A stretch of 32,000 nucleotides of DNA from Desulfocapsa sulfexigens DSM 10523. GTDB taxonomy: Bacteria > Desulfobacterota > Desulfobulbia > Desulfobulbales > Desulfocapsaceae. The stretch is from positions 240,001 to 272,000 of the forward strand of contig NC_020304.1 in assembly GCF_000341395.1 (NCBI RefSeq), in the 5' to 3' direction. The position numbers and the translations under genes are program-made. Below, one piece after another: positions 16,373-25,538 of this stretch. The stretch's first letter is position 1, and the number at the start of each line of letters is the position of its first letter. The notes under the pieces were generated by a model. The model saw nothing but the letters and a program-made list of their open reading frames with translations, ran no database searches and was not told where the DNA came from.

Positions 16373-17728
16373 TTAATCTCTGGTGAATTCCGGATAGGCA
16401 TCAAGACCGCACTCGGCAATATCAACACCTTCCATCTCTTCTTCTTCGCTGACCCGAACACCCATGACTGCCTTAAGAACCAGCCACACAATAAGAGAAG
16501 TACCAAAGGTCCAGCCAAAGATGGTTCCAATACCGATAAGCTGTTTAATCAGCGAACCATCGGGATTGGTAAAGGCGACAGCGATAAGTCCCCAGGTACC
16601 AACTACGCCATGCACAGAGATTGCACCTACAGGATCATCGATCTTAGCCTTGTCTATAAAGATAATAGCAGGCACAACCAGCAGGCCACCGATAACACCG
16701 ATCATGGTGGCAATGCCTGGAGTAGGTGTTAATGGCTCAGCAGTTATGGCAACCAGTCCTGCCAGCGCACCGTTGAGAGCCATGGTAAGATCAGCCTTGC
16801 CAAACCAGAGACGGGAGAGCAGCAGTGCTGCAACAAGACCTCCCGCAGCAGCGGTATTGGTATTGACAAAAACCATGGACACGGCATTCGCCTCAGCGAT
16901 GTTACTGATCTTCAATTCGGATCCGCCATTAAACCCAAACCAGCCAAGCCAGAGGATAAAGGTTCCAAGGGTTGCAAGGGGAAGGTTACAGCCGGGAATA
17001 GCATTGATTTTGCCTCCTGAATATTTTCCCTTACGAGCACCAAGTACCAGTACACCAGCCAGGGCAGCAGATGCGCCACAGAGATGAACCAGACCGGAAC
17101 CTGCGAAATCAAGAAAACCGAGGGCGTCAAGAAAACCTCCGCCCCATTTCCAGTAACCGCTGACAGGATAGATAAATCCGGTCATGACAACTGCAAAGGC
17201 AAGGAATGTCCAGAGTTTCATCCGCTCTGCAACGGCACCGGAAACAATGGACATGGCCGTTGCCACAAAGACAACCTGAAAAAAGAAGTCTGACATATTG
17301 GAATAGTATGTTTCTCCACCGCTCTTCAGGACTTCATCGACTCCGTTATCGGGGCCAAGAAAAAAGCTGAGTCCGGGAATAAAACTGTTAACAGCATCAC
17401 CGTACATGATGTTGTACCCGACGATAAGATACATCAAGCAGGCGATGGCATAGAGAGCCACATTTTTGGTGAGGATTTCCACCGTGTTTTTCCCTCTGAC
17501 CAGGCCAGCTTCCAGCATGGCAAAGCCAGCGGCCATCCACATGACCAACGCGCCGGACATGAGAAAGTAAAAGGTGTCCACTGAATAGGCCAGCTGGATC
17601 AGATTGTCAGCGACACTTGATGCGGCAGCCGCCTCTTCGGCAATTGCTGGCCCTGCCAGGGCAAGCCCGGAGAGAAACACCACTCCTCCCCAGAACGTCT
17701 TTCCATTCATTGTTACACTGTTCTTCAC
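16373..17728 (-). CDS. amtB: Ammonium transporter
   Basis: 'AAGFAMLEAGLVRGKNTVEILTKN', 'DFAGSGLVHLCGASAALAG', 'GWFGFNGGSEL', plus an N-terminal signal peptide. Confidence 0.96.
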   Translation of the reverse strand: MKNSVTMNGKTFWGGVVFLSGLALAGPAIAEEAAAASSVADNLIQLAYSVDTFYFLMSGALVMWMAAGFAMLEAGLVRGKNTVEILTKNVALYAIACLMYLIVGYNIMYGDAVNSFIPGLSFFLGPDNGVDEVLKSGGETYYSNMSDFFFQVVFVATAMSIVSGAVAERMKLWTFLAFAVVMTGFIYPVSGYWKWGGGFLDALGFLDFAGSGLVHLCGASAALAGVLVLGARKGKYSGGKINAIPGCNLPLATLGTFILWLGWFGFNGGSELKISNIAEANAVSMVFVNTNTAAAGGLVAALLLSRLWFGKADLTMALNGALAGLVAITAEPLTPTPGIATMIGVIGGLLVVPAIIFIDKAKIDDPVGAISVHGVVGTWGLIAVAFTNPDGSLIKQLIGIGTIFGWTFGTSLIVWLVLKAVMGVRVSEEEEMEGVDIAECGLDAYPEFTRD

Positions 17729-17794
17729 TGTAGTTCCTCCTGTTTCATACGGGTTGTGCCAGATTGCACCGGTTTTTGCTTATACCTGGGGTAG

Positions 17795-17810
17795 AGCAAT
17801 GTCTGTGCCA
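17795..17810 (-). promoter_or_regulatory. Sigma-54 (RpoN) -24/-12 promoter upstream of amtB-glnB
   Basis: Minus strand reads TGGCACAGACATTGCT, i.e. TGGCAC-N5-TTGCT with GG-N10-GC spacing, ~70 nt upstream of amtB. Confidence 0.88.
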
Positions 17811-18069
17811 CAACATGAAAAACTACTTTAATGCTGTAAAATCTATCTACTACATGATAGCTTGCAGTTTTTTCTGCCACCAAGGATCTGCAAACAATTA
17901 CATTTATGTGCCAAATAGAAACCTTTTATTTACATTTTTGTAGTCTTTCCTACTTTAACAGGATCAAACATTCTCTTTTTAAAGCCAATCGGAAAACATT
18001 TACAAAACCAGCCAGGAATTCTATAACACTAGCAGAAAACCACTAAACACTCTCTACCAGCGCGAGCCG

Positions 18070-19380
18070 ATGAACATCATAAATAAAAAATCCATTTTCA
18101 CCTCCATGCTCCAAAATGGCCCTTTTGCGGTTGGCGAGACACCTCCCTTTGCCCACCCTTTCTCACGTGAGGCTAAAGAGTGGACCAGAACCATACAGAG
18201 CGACCCATTGATGAAAACAAAGTACCGGGCCGTGAGAAATCAAATTTTTGACCTCCTTAGCATTTCTACTTTCGATGAGATCCTGCCACTGCTTCATGAT
18301 AGAAAATCAAGGGAATTGACAACCAAAACAGCTCACCAACTCCTAGGTAACATGTTTGGCATCCAGGGTGACGCGCAGGTCATTGATCGCTACCTCCACG
18401 ACTATGCAAGAACAGCTGACGATGTAATCAACTCTCTTCGAGCAAAAGTGCTGGCCCCATATAGCTCCCACACCGAAACAACAAACGAAATTGAGACCAT
18501 ATCCGACCCGGTGAGCTTACTGCTCGTCCTGTTTGACGAACACTTCCACCGCAAAGCCCGTTTTGAAGCCAAGCGAAAACTGGTGCTGATGAATCTGGCA
18601 GGATCAATTGACCAAAGAGAGCGGGAAACCCAGATCGAGAAGAAGTTCTCGGAATTCCTAGGTTTTCTCAATGACTTTGTCTGGAGTCCCAGTTCGAAAA
18701 TCGGCGACCTGGAAATCTGCTACCTGCATAGCAGGCACAGCGCTGAAGACTTTCGGTGCACGAGTGTAAATGTTCTGAGTGAAGCAGCGGCCATAAAAAC
18801 AACCCCCGTTGTCGGGGAAAAGCTAACCTTAATCAAACGGCGCAGATTTCATGACAAGGGAAAAGATATTCCCATCTATGTTACAATTAGAAAAAAGCCA
18901 CCGGCGGCCAAGGTACTCAAGCTGCTGAGGAAAAATGAGAAAAACCCGGCAACAGCAGTGGATGACGAGCTCGGCCTGATGGCAGTACTCAATTCAGTGA
19001 GTGACGTAAAGCGCTTTCTCCGCCACTTAACAAAAAGCGCGGTCAGGGCAGATTCCTTTATGACCCTGGAGGACATTTCAGACACGCTGACCAACGGAGA
19101 ATACGATGGATCAGCAACCGGGAGTTCTGCAAAAACGTCCATGCTCAAATTCTTTGCCCGGCTGGGTGGCATGCGGGTGGAATTCATTATCCACACCAAC
19201 AGCTCATATCTTAATTACATGTGTCAGCGCGACGTGGCCCACGACGAATATGAAGTCAAACGAATATTTGACACTGGGGTTGCCGACTTTCTCTTTCCTT
19301 CCGACATTTACCATCTTGAGATGGAAAAGATTCGCAGCACTCAGCTGAAAAGGTTCAGACGGATCATCGAAGAAAGCTGA
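18070..19380 (+). CDS. Hypothetical protein (436 aa); C-terminal half possibly RelA/SpoT-like fold
   Basis: Long ORF with protein-like composition. Segments 'IYVTIRKKPPAAKVLKLLRK...VDDELGLMAVLNSVSDVKRFLRHL' and 'MRVEFIIHTNSSYLNYMCQRDVAHDEYEVKRIF'. Confidence 0.75.
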   Translation: MNIINKKSIFTSMLQNGPFAVGETPPFAHPFSREAKEWTRTIQSDPLMKTKYRAVRNQIFDLLSISTFDEILPLLHDRKSRELTTKTAHQLLGNMFGIQGDAQVIDRYLHDYARTADDVINSLRAKVLAPYSSHTETTNEIETISDPVSLLLVLFDEHFHRKARFEAKRKLVLMNLAGSIDQRERETQIEKKFSEFLGFLNDFVWSPSSKIGDLEICYLHSRHSAEDFRCTSVNVLSEAAAIKTTPVVGEKLTLIKRRRFHDKGKDIPIYVTIRKKPPAAKVLKLLRKNEKNPATAVDDELGLMAVLNSVSDVKRFLRHLTKSAVRADSFMTLEDISDTLTNGEYDGSATGSSAKTSMLKFFARLGGMRVEFIIHTNSSYLNYMCQRDVAHDEYEVKRIFDTGVADFLFPSDIYHLEMEKIRSTQLKRFRRIIEES

Positions 19381-19773
19381 TCATAACAACTAGCAACGCA
19401 GCACTGAATACCGCACCACTCTCCGAAGAGCACTCCTGAGATCTGCGGACAACCTGGTGTTTTCTTACCTTCATATTACAACTGACCGTACCGCCCCTTC
19501 CCTGTACCAATACATAGCCCCCTTCTTCGTCGGCGTTTGTCTGCACAAAGGCACCACCCTCAATCGCTGTGCGGAATAGCTTTCAGCTCGAAATGACACC
19601 CTTCACCCTTGTTTTTATACAGTTCAAATACCCCATTTTTCACCCGGTCGGGTTATTTATTTCTTTCTGACTGTATGTTTATTTCTATACCGTAAAGATT
19701 TGCAGATGTTCCCACGCCCCCACAATCACCAGGTAGTAGAAAGAAAACAATGGAAACAGGAGCGATCCCAACC

Positions 19774-22094
19774 ATGAAAGACTTCCACAGCAGGCACTTA
19801 CTTTCCCTATTTATGTTTGTTTGTCTATTGGCTCCTTTCGTTGCCTCGGCACTGGAGATGCCCAGACCAGCAACGACCAGCAGACCAAACTCTTCCAGTG
19901 CGGGCAGACCCACTGTCGATCACGGCCAGGTGCAACGAACACCTCCAAAAGCCACTATACAATCTGGCTACTGCTATGTGAATGACACCACCGAAAAAAG
20001 TAGTGAAACGCTCTGCAAACGAAAGCGTGGACAATTTTTCGCTGACAAAAGAGAAGCGCAGCGGGTGTATGATACCGCCTCCGGTTACTGCTGTCAGGAT
20101 GGTAACATAAGCAAAAACAGCAGAGCCACCTGTGTACGGGTAAAGGGGACATTCTTTATCAAACAGAGTGATGCCAAAAGGACATGCGATGCAACGAAGG
20201 ACGTCTGCTATGACGAAGGCAAAATACTTGCTGATTCCAAGGGTAGCTGTGACCGGAAAAAGGGTGCTTTTTTTTAAAAAAAGCTGATGCGGCACAGTTC
20301 GCTGCCCAGCAGAAAGGTTTCTGTTGTCTCGACGGAAAAGTGAGCCCCATGATCCAGAAAATGTGTCAGCAGAAGAAGGGACAATTTTTTATCTTACAAA
20401 ACCAGGCCACCCTGGCCTGTAAAAATGAACGTGGCTTCTGCTGTATTGAGGGCAGGACAAGTAATCTATCCCGTAGTATCTGTGAGCAGAGACATGGTGC
20501 ATTTTCAACCAACCGAAGCCAACTGAGCAAAGAGTGCGCCCCTAAAAAAACGCGACTAACTAATAGTTCTGTGCAATCCCCAAGGCCTGCCACTGCAACC
20601 ACCCCTGCTTCTGTAGTCAAAGAAAAGACAGTCAAACAACCCATAGCTCAAAACGCGATGAAGGGATTTGATGAGCCAGTTTTCAAACCAGATAACAGCC
20701 GTGAAAGGTATGATGATCCATTGTTTAAACCAGACAACAGCCGTAAAGGATATGATGATCCAGTACTTAAACCAACAAATAACAAAGAGGCACAGAAGAA
20801 AAAAAGAGGCGGCCCAGCAGTAGCGGGTGTGTTGATTGCAGATTCACCTGTGACACCACAAATCACTCCCAATGTCAGCCCGCCTCCAACAAATGACTCC
20901 GAACCTTCATTACCGGACAGTTCACTGAGCGGAATAAAAAACCCTCTCAAAGTTGTCTTCATTAAAGATCGAATGGTTCGCATAGGGGATGAAACAAACA
21001 GTAACGGTTTAGGAGGAGACCTTCGTCTAAAAAATGTTCAAGCCTCCTTTCTATGCGACGCTGGAGCTGCACCGGTATCTGCAGCAATGACAGTGGCAAA
21101 CGGTTCAAGCTACACCGGCCTTGCTTCCCAGATAGTGGGCACTCAGGTCAGCTTCCCCAGCCTCACCCTGCAGGAACAAAGCAAATTTATCAGTTCCCAT
21201 TGTCGCCAGGGAGAAAAAACAGTTCAACAATCTACAGTTATTACTGTTGAAATGAGCAAAACCTGCCGGATGGAAAACGGAGCAGAGAGACAGTGGTCCA
21301 ATAATGTTGATCTGCCCATGTCTATCATCTGTGATCTCCTGCCAAATGCAGATCCCGCTGAGTATAGCCCCAACCACCCCACCTACAATCCACAAATGGG
21401 GAACACGGTTGCCACGAGAAATCCTGCCGATTATACGCTTCAGAAGCCTGTGACAGAAGGGCAAACAGTAGGTGCCCCAACACTCAATGCTCCGTCCTCC
21501 CAACCCAGTGTGCTTCAAACTGGTGAAGCAGATGCTTCCCTGCAACTGAAGTATAACAGCGCCTTGGTTGTTGACGATGAACTGCGCATGGGAACACCTT
21601 TTCAGTCTGTCTACGATGCTCAGCCGGTGAGCGAATTGAAGTCAAATATTGAGCTCGAAGTGGGTTGCGGAGCCGGGCTATTTGAGTATGCCAATCTTTT
21701 TATCAAAAGAAACGGTTTATACGCCCCCCTCCATGAACTGAACAGTGGTGGCCATCATAATCTTACAAATAGTTTTCTGATGACAAAAGCTGATTTTGTT
21801 CAAGATCACTGTGCTGCCGGCACCATGTACCAGGACCTTGGGCGATCAATAGAATTTCTAATTGAATATGGCTGCACATATCCTTCGGGAACTAAACGAT
21901 TCGAAAAGATAATTCACAGCCCTGTGAGAATGGTTACCTGCGATCGACGTCCGAGCACTTTTGCAAATGCCAACCATACCCCCTATATGCATAGGTGTCC
22001 TGCCGGATACCATATTGAAGGAAAAGCCGACAATATTCGCGTTGACTCAAGTTCAAGCGCTTTTCCACCAAAACGATGCATAGAGAACCTGTAA
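19774..22094 (+). CDS. Secreted Cys-repeat protein, one gene split by an apparent -1 frameshift (ORFs 19750..20277 and 20340..22094)
   Basis: Signal peptide MKDFHSRHLLSLFMFVCLLAPFVASA. Five ~40-aa repeats (GxCCxxGxxxxxSxxxCxxxxGxFFxxxxxAxxxC) run through the T8A7 junction at 20268-20282. The downstream frame is open across the junction and reads TTT TTT TTA AAA AAA GCT GAT (FFLKKAD). Confidence 0.65.
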
Positions 22095-22156
22095 TGTGGA
22101 AAATGCAGCCCACTATTATTTACTTTTGTTAAAAATTGAAATTCAAGGATGATAAG

Positions 22157-22942
22157 ATGAAGATAGTACAAAACGCTGATATTTTTCTTATGGGTTTAGG
22201 GATTGTTCTTTGGGGCAGCACTGTTGTATCTGTTCACGCAGAAGGTATGAATGCTAAAATTACAGAGCCTAGCAACAATTCAATAAGTCTAAAAGATGGA
22301 AGAATAAATGGTCATAGCAGTGGCATTAAACCATTTCCAGCAGAAGGAAATATTAGTGCAGATTTAGTTATCCGCTCTCACTGCAAAGAAGACTTTGAAG
22401 TTATTAAGACCCATATACATTCAGCACTTGACAGTTATATCAACATTACCAGGGATACATTAGATCCTTGGAACAGAGCCAATCGGACAGAATTTTCACG
22501 TCCAAGTAATTTTAAACTGGAGACAATCGCTGCCCTTGGGAGAAGATGCAACGAGGAGTTTGGGGAAAAAGAAGGCTCATTTATTACAAATATTCCCATC
22601 TCTGTAGAGGTGACCTGCTCTGAAAGCTGGGACACTATGAATGATGGCAACGGTCTGGATGACGTAAGAAAACAAACGTATAATCTTAAATTACCCCTTA
22701 GTGTGCAATGCCTTTCAAATGCTCAAGAGATAAATGCTACAGTTGACGAACAATATTGGATTTACGAGTGTCCGGAAACGGATAAGCGCGATCCTGAATA
22801 CTGGCAGAAATACCGCCTGGTAGTTGAAGGCACCGGGGCTCGTTATGTCAAAACCAGTAAAAATCTAGGCACCCCGAGGTGTATTCGTGCCCATAAAAGC
22901 AATATGTCCAACAGTGATGATATACTTTTCCAGATTGAATAA
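22157..22942 (+). CDS. Secreted hypothetical protein, probably paralogous to the central domain of the preceding gene
   Basis: Signal-like MKIVQNADIFLMGLGIVLWGSTVVSVHAEG. Shares 'RRC...E...ITNIPISVEVTC...YNLKLPLSVQCL' with 'SSHCRQGE...STVITVEMSKTC...NNVDLPMSIICDL' upstream. Confidence 0.65.
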   Translation: MKIVQNADIFLMGLGIVLWGSTVVSVHAEGMNAKITEPSNNSISLKDGRINGHSSGIKPFPAEGNISADLVIRSHCKEDFEVIKTHIHSALDSYINITRDTLDPWNRANRTEFSRPSNFKLETIAALGRRCNEEFGEKEGSFITNIPISVEVTCSESWDTMNDGNGLDDVRKQTYNLKLPLSVQCLSNAQEINATVDEQYWIYECPETDKRDPEYWQKYRLVVEGTGARYVKTSKNLGTPRCIRAHKSNMSNSDDILFQIE

Positions 22943-23007
22943 TAACAGAGGTGAACAGGGACAATTTGACAAATATTCTGCACTAAAGACAAAGACACCA
23001 CAAAAAA

Positions 23008-23040
23008 AGGGTGAGAGAGCCAATCGTGCTCACCTCACCC
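23008..23040 (-). terminator. Terminator of the OMP operon
   Basis: Inverted repeat GGGTGAG...CTCACCC between the convergent genes, with an A-run on its left giving U-rich RNA on the minus strand. Coordinates are approximate. Confidence 0.6.
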
Positions 23041-23080
23041 TGTCTGATCAGGCAATACCGCTTAGAGTAGAGCCGTTTTG

Positions 23081-23626
23081 TTAAAAAACGAAGCCTAAAC
23101 CTACACTGACAACATGATTACCATCACTACTGGTATTATCAATATCATCCACGGTTAACTCATCAAAAAACCACTCATAACGGTACTTCACCACAACATA
23201 AGTACTCTCATTGATAAAAGACTTGAAGCCGACCTGGGGCCCAATAGTACCAGTTGTGTCTTCGTCATTGTAGCTAGCACCAATAAAAGCACCTAAAAAT
23301 GGCTGAAAAACATCATCCTTTGATACACCACGGACATAATAGTTCACAAAGGGGATAGTGGATGCCATCCATCTATCATCAGCATTATCAATAAAATCGT
23401 ATGCTATATTCTGTATAACTCCCACTTCCAGGCTGTCTGTGAAAAAGTACCCATATCCAACATCCACATTCGCAGTTCCCCACTCAACGCCCTGGGCATG
23501 AAAAAGCCCTCCAGAGAGCTGAAGATCACTATCACCTTTTTTCTGAGCGGCATTGGCAGTTGCTGCATAACTTGTCACCAGCATTGAAAGGCAAATTGCT
23601 ATTGCTGTACAGTATTTCTTAATCAT
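23081..23626 (-). CDS. Outer-membrane beta-barrel protein
   Basis: Signal peptide MIKKYCTAIAICLSMLVTSYAATANA, alternating beta-strand pattern, terminal Phe (...VVSVGLGFVF). Confidence 0.75.
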   Translation of the reverse strand: MIKKYCTAIAICLSMLVTSYAATANAAQKKGDSDLQLSGGLFHAQGVEWGTANVDVGYGYFFTDSLEVGVIQNIAYDFIDNADDRWMASTIPFVNYYVRGVSKDDVFQPFLGAFIGASYNDEDTTGTIGPQVGFKSFINESTYVVVKYRYEWFFDELTVDDIDNTSSDGNHVVSVGLGFVF

Positions 23627-23879
23627 CTTTTCCTCTTAATTTGAAATTATTCTGCTCTGAGTGAAATCCCCAACTCTTCTTTGCTTCAATCTCTTTTGTA
23701 GAACCATCTTTGTCTTTAATGAAAATCTTAAACTCACCAGCCCACACAGTACGATTGTCTTGTATTAAGTCAAGGCCCCTGGTAATAAAATTTATTAAAA
23801 TACCTTTCGAGCCGTCCCGCTTCAGCAGCAAAACAGAACCAAACATGCAACTACAAGCAATTACAAGCACCATCATCAA
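23619..23879 (-). CDS. Small membrane-anchored hypothetical protein (86 aa)
   Basis: ORF overlaps both neighbours by a few nt, as in an operon. Hydrophobic N-terminus MMMVLVIACSCMFGSVLLL. Confidence 0.55.
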   Translation of the reverse strand: MMMVLVIACSCMFGSVLLLKRDGSKGILINFITRGLDLIQDNRTVWAGEFKIFIKDKDGSTKEIEAKKSWGFHSEQNNFKLRGKDD

Positions 23880-24301
23880 CGTGAAAGAGGGTCACAATTG
23901 GTTATGGTCACTTTTCCCTGAAGCATATTCCCCTTGGAGTACTCACTAAAAACACAGGTATTGGTTTTAGGATCGTAATTCTCAATCCACAAATTATCAT
24001 CCTTCCAGGTCGCCTGCATATGATGCTGCCCTTCCGGAACACGAATAGTCATAACACCGCCATAGCGCTTGACAAAAACTTGCTGGAGACGAAAAAAATA
24101 GGTCGCCCATCCCACCAGCAAAATGAGCAAAGCGATAACGATACCAACTTTCCAATTCTGTGCCTTTACCCCGGCGCCATAAAGTACTGCACCCATAAGA
24201 GCAATTACTGCCAACCAGTACAAATAAGTAATCACAACCAAACCCTCCCCTTGTAACGGTGTAGTTAAGAAGACAGAGCGGATTCTAACTTTTCCATTCA
24301 T
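23876..24301 (-). CDS. Two-TM hypothetical membrane protein
   Basis: 'VVITYLYWLAVIALMGAVLYGAG' and 'VGIVIALLILLVGWATYFF'. The internal ATG at 24301 (MNGKVRIR) is preferred over the ORF start at 24334. Confidence 0.6.
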   Translation of the reverse strand: MNGKVRIRSVFLTTPLQGEGLVVITYLYWLAVIALMGAVLYGAGVKAQNWKVGIVIALLILLVGWATYFFRLQQVFVKRYGGVMTIRVPEGQHHMQATWKDDNLWIENYDPKTNTCVFSEYSKGNMLQGKVTITNCDPLSR

Positions 24302-24413
24302 GCCCACATCCTCAACAGATCGACCAACATACATTTACTATAGTAATGAAATGAAATTTTGAAATTAAAGACAAACCGTAACAACATGAGGCAGAAACAA
24401 AAGACAAAAAAAA

Positions 24414-24440
24414 GGGGTCAAGCCAAACAGGCTCAACCCC
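24414..24440 (-). terminator. Terminator left of the tRNA 3'-end fragment, probably the original tRNA-Arg terminator
   Basis: GGGGT-CA-AGCC AAACA GGCT-CA-ACCCC with an A-run on its left (24405-24413, minus-strand U-tract) and TTTT on its right. Confidence 0.7.
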
Positions 24441-24451
24441 TTTTCATTAAC

Positions 24452-24484
24452 TGGTACACTAGGGAGGATTCGAACCTACCGACA
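24452..24484 (-). repeat. Duplicated/degenerate tRNA-Arg 3' end (attachment-site remnant)
   Basis: TGGTACACTAGGGAGGATTCGAACCTACCGAC compared with TGGTACACTAGGCAGGATTCGAACCTGCGAC at 29154. The acceptor arm plus CCA is identical for 12 nt; the T-arm has substitutions. Confidence 0.75.
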
Positions 24485-24523
24485 AGGCGACAAGTAGCGT
24501 AAATAATTAATAAAATAAATTAT

Positions 24524-24545
24524 GTGTGATACGGGTGTGATACGC
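24524..24545 (+). repeat. Left-end tandem 11-mer
   Basis: GTGTGATACGG GTGTGATACGC. Confidence 0.7.
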
Positions 24546-24570
24546 ATCTTTCATGGATTTGGGAAGATTA

Positions 24571-24693
24571 CGTTACAGCTCAGGTGCGAGTGGGAATTGC
24601 AACACTGAACTTTGATTTACCTGTGACTTTGCAGCAAGGCTGAACTCCGAAAAACCGCGCTGCCCGCTCGTCACTTGTAGCGCCTTGTTAGGC
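24571..24693 (-). other. attC-like site downstream of the MBL gene
   Basis: Minus strand GCCTAACAAGGCGCTACAA starts 2 nt after the stop codon. Facing arms GTGCGAGTGGG (24584-24594) and CCCGCTCGTCAC (24663-24674) pair apart from one bulge and one mismatch. Total ~120 nt. Confidence 0.5.
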
Positions 24694-24695
24694 TT

Positions 24696-25538
24696 TTATG
24701 GTGTTGTTACGGACATATAAGGACTCCCATCATCGTTTTTACCAATTTCAATTTCTATATACCCGTCTGTCCTTGTGGTTAAACAGCTTCTCTCCTTTAA
24801 ATTTCCAGTAGATTTGCTTGATACTGACCAACCTCCTGCATGTTGCGAATACCTTGCAGCAGCATCAGTATTCTGAACTCTACCGTCACTAACGACACAT
24901 AATTTAGGTTTTATTATTTTGAAAAGGTCCGAGTGGTAACCAGATTCACGTCCATGGTGACTGGATAGATAAAGATGGGCTCCATTGATAGCATCAACAA
25001 AATTTTGCTTACTAAGTAAGGACTTCCAAGATGGAAGTTCATTATCACCAGGTATTACTACTTTCACTCCACAATATTCAAAGACTACGACACCACTATG
25101 GTTGTTGATATTCGATGTACCACAATCTCTTGACGCGTGTTTTGTTATTGTAACTCCAGAACTTACATCTGGATTACCAACCAACTTTTCATTTTTAGTA
25201 GGGTGTATGAATCTATTGTTTGAAATGTCAAAATAGTAATCCAGTTTTTCAGTATAACTACTCTGATTGGCCTTTCTTACATCGTCTTCTGGCAACCACT
25301 TTGGTCTCCATATTTGCCGAACTTTGAAATCTTCTAATTGCAAAATCTCATCAATATGGTCCCCGTGCGGGTGTGTGATAATAAGGCTATCTATTGTATC
25401 TGTTTGTTCCCGCAACCAACTTAATGGCGAAAATTCTTCCGAACACCCGAGATCAATGACTATGGATTGTCCATTCGGAGTAAACGCATGGACAGCATGA
25501 CCATGACCAACATCGTGAATAAATAATTTTAATGTCAT
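24696..25538 (-). CDS. ComEC/Rec2-like metallo-beta-lactamase fold hydrolase (280 aa)
   Basis: 'SLIITHPHGDHIDEIL' (HxHxDH), 'VVIPGDNE', 'LYLSSHHGRESGYH'. Confidence 0.85.
   Translation of the reverse strand: MTLKLFIHDVGHGHAVHAFTPNGQSIVIDLGCSEEFSPLSWLREQTDTIDSLIITHPHGDHIDEILQLEDFKVRQIWRPKWLPEDDVRKANQSSYTEKLDYYFDISNNRFIHPTKNEKLVGNPDVSSGVTITKHASRDCGTSNINNHSGVVVFEYCGVKVVIPGDNELPSWKSLLSKQNFVDAINGAHLYLSSHHGRESGYHSDLFKIIKPKLCVVSDGRVQNTDAAARYSQHAGGWSVSSKSTGNLKERSCLTTRTDGYIEIEIGKNDDGSPYMSVTTP

Noticed and set aside
24452-24484. Intact second tRNA gene
   Set aside because: Only the acceptor 3' strand and T-arm region are present. No anticodon or D-arm follows and the T-stem is mismatched.
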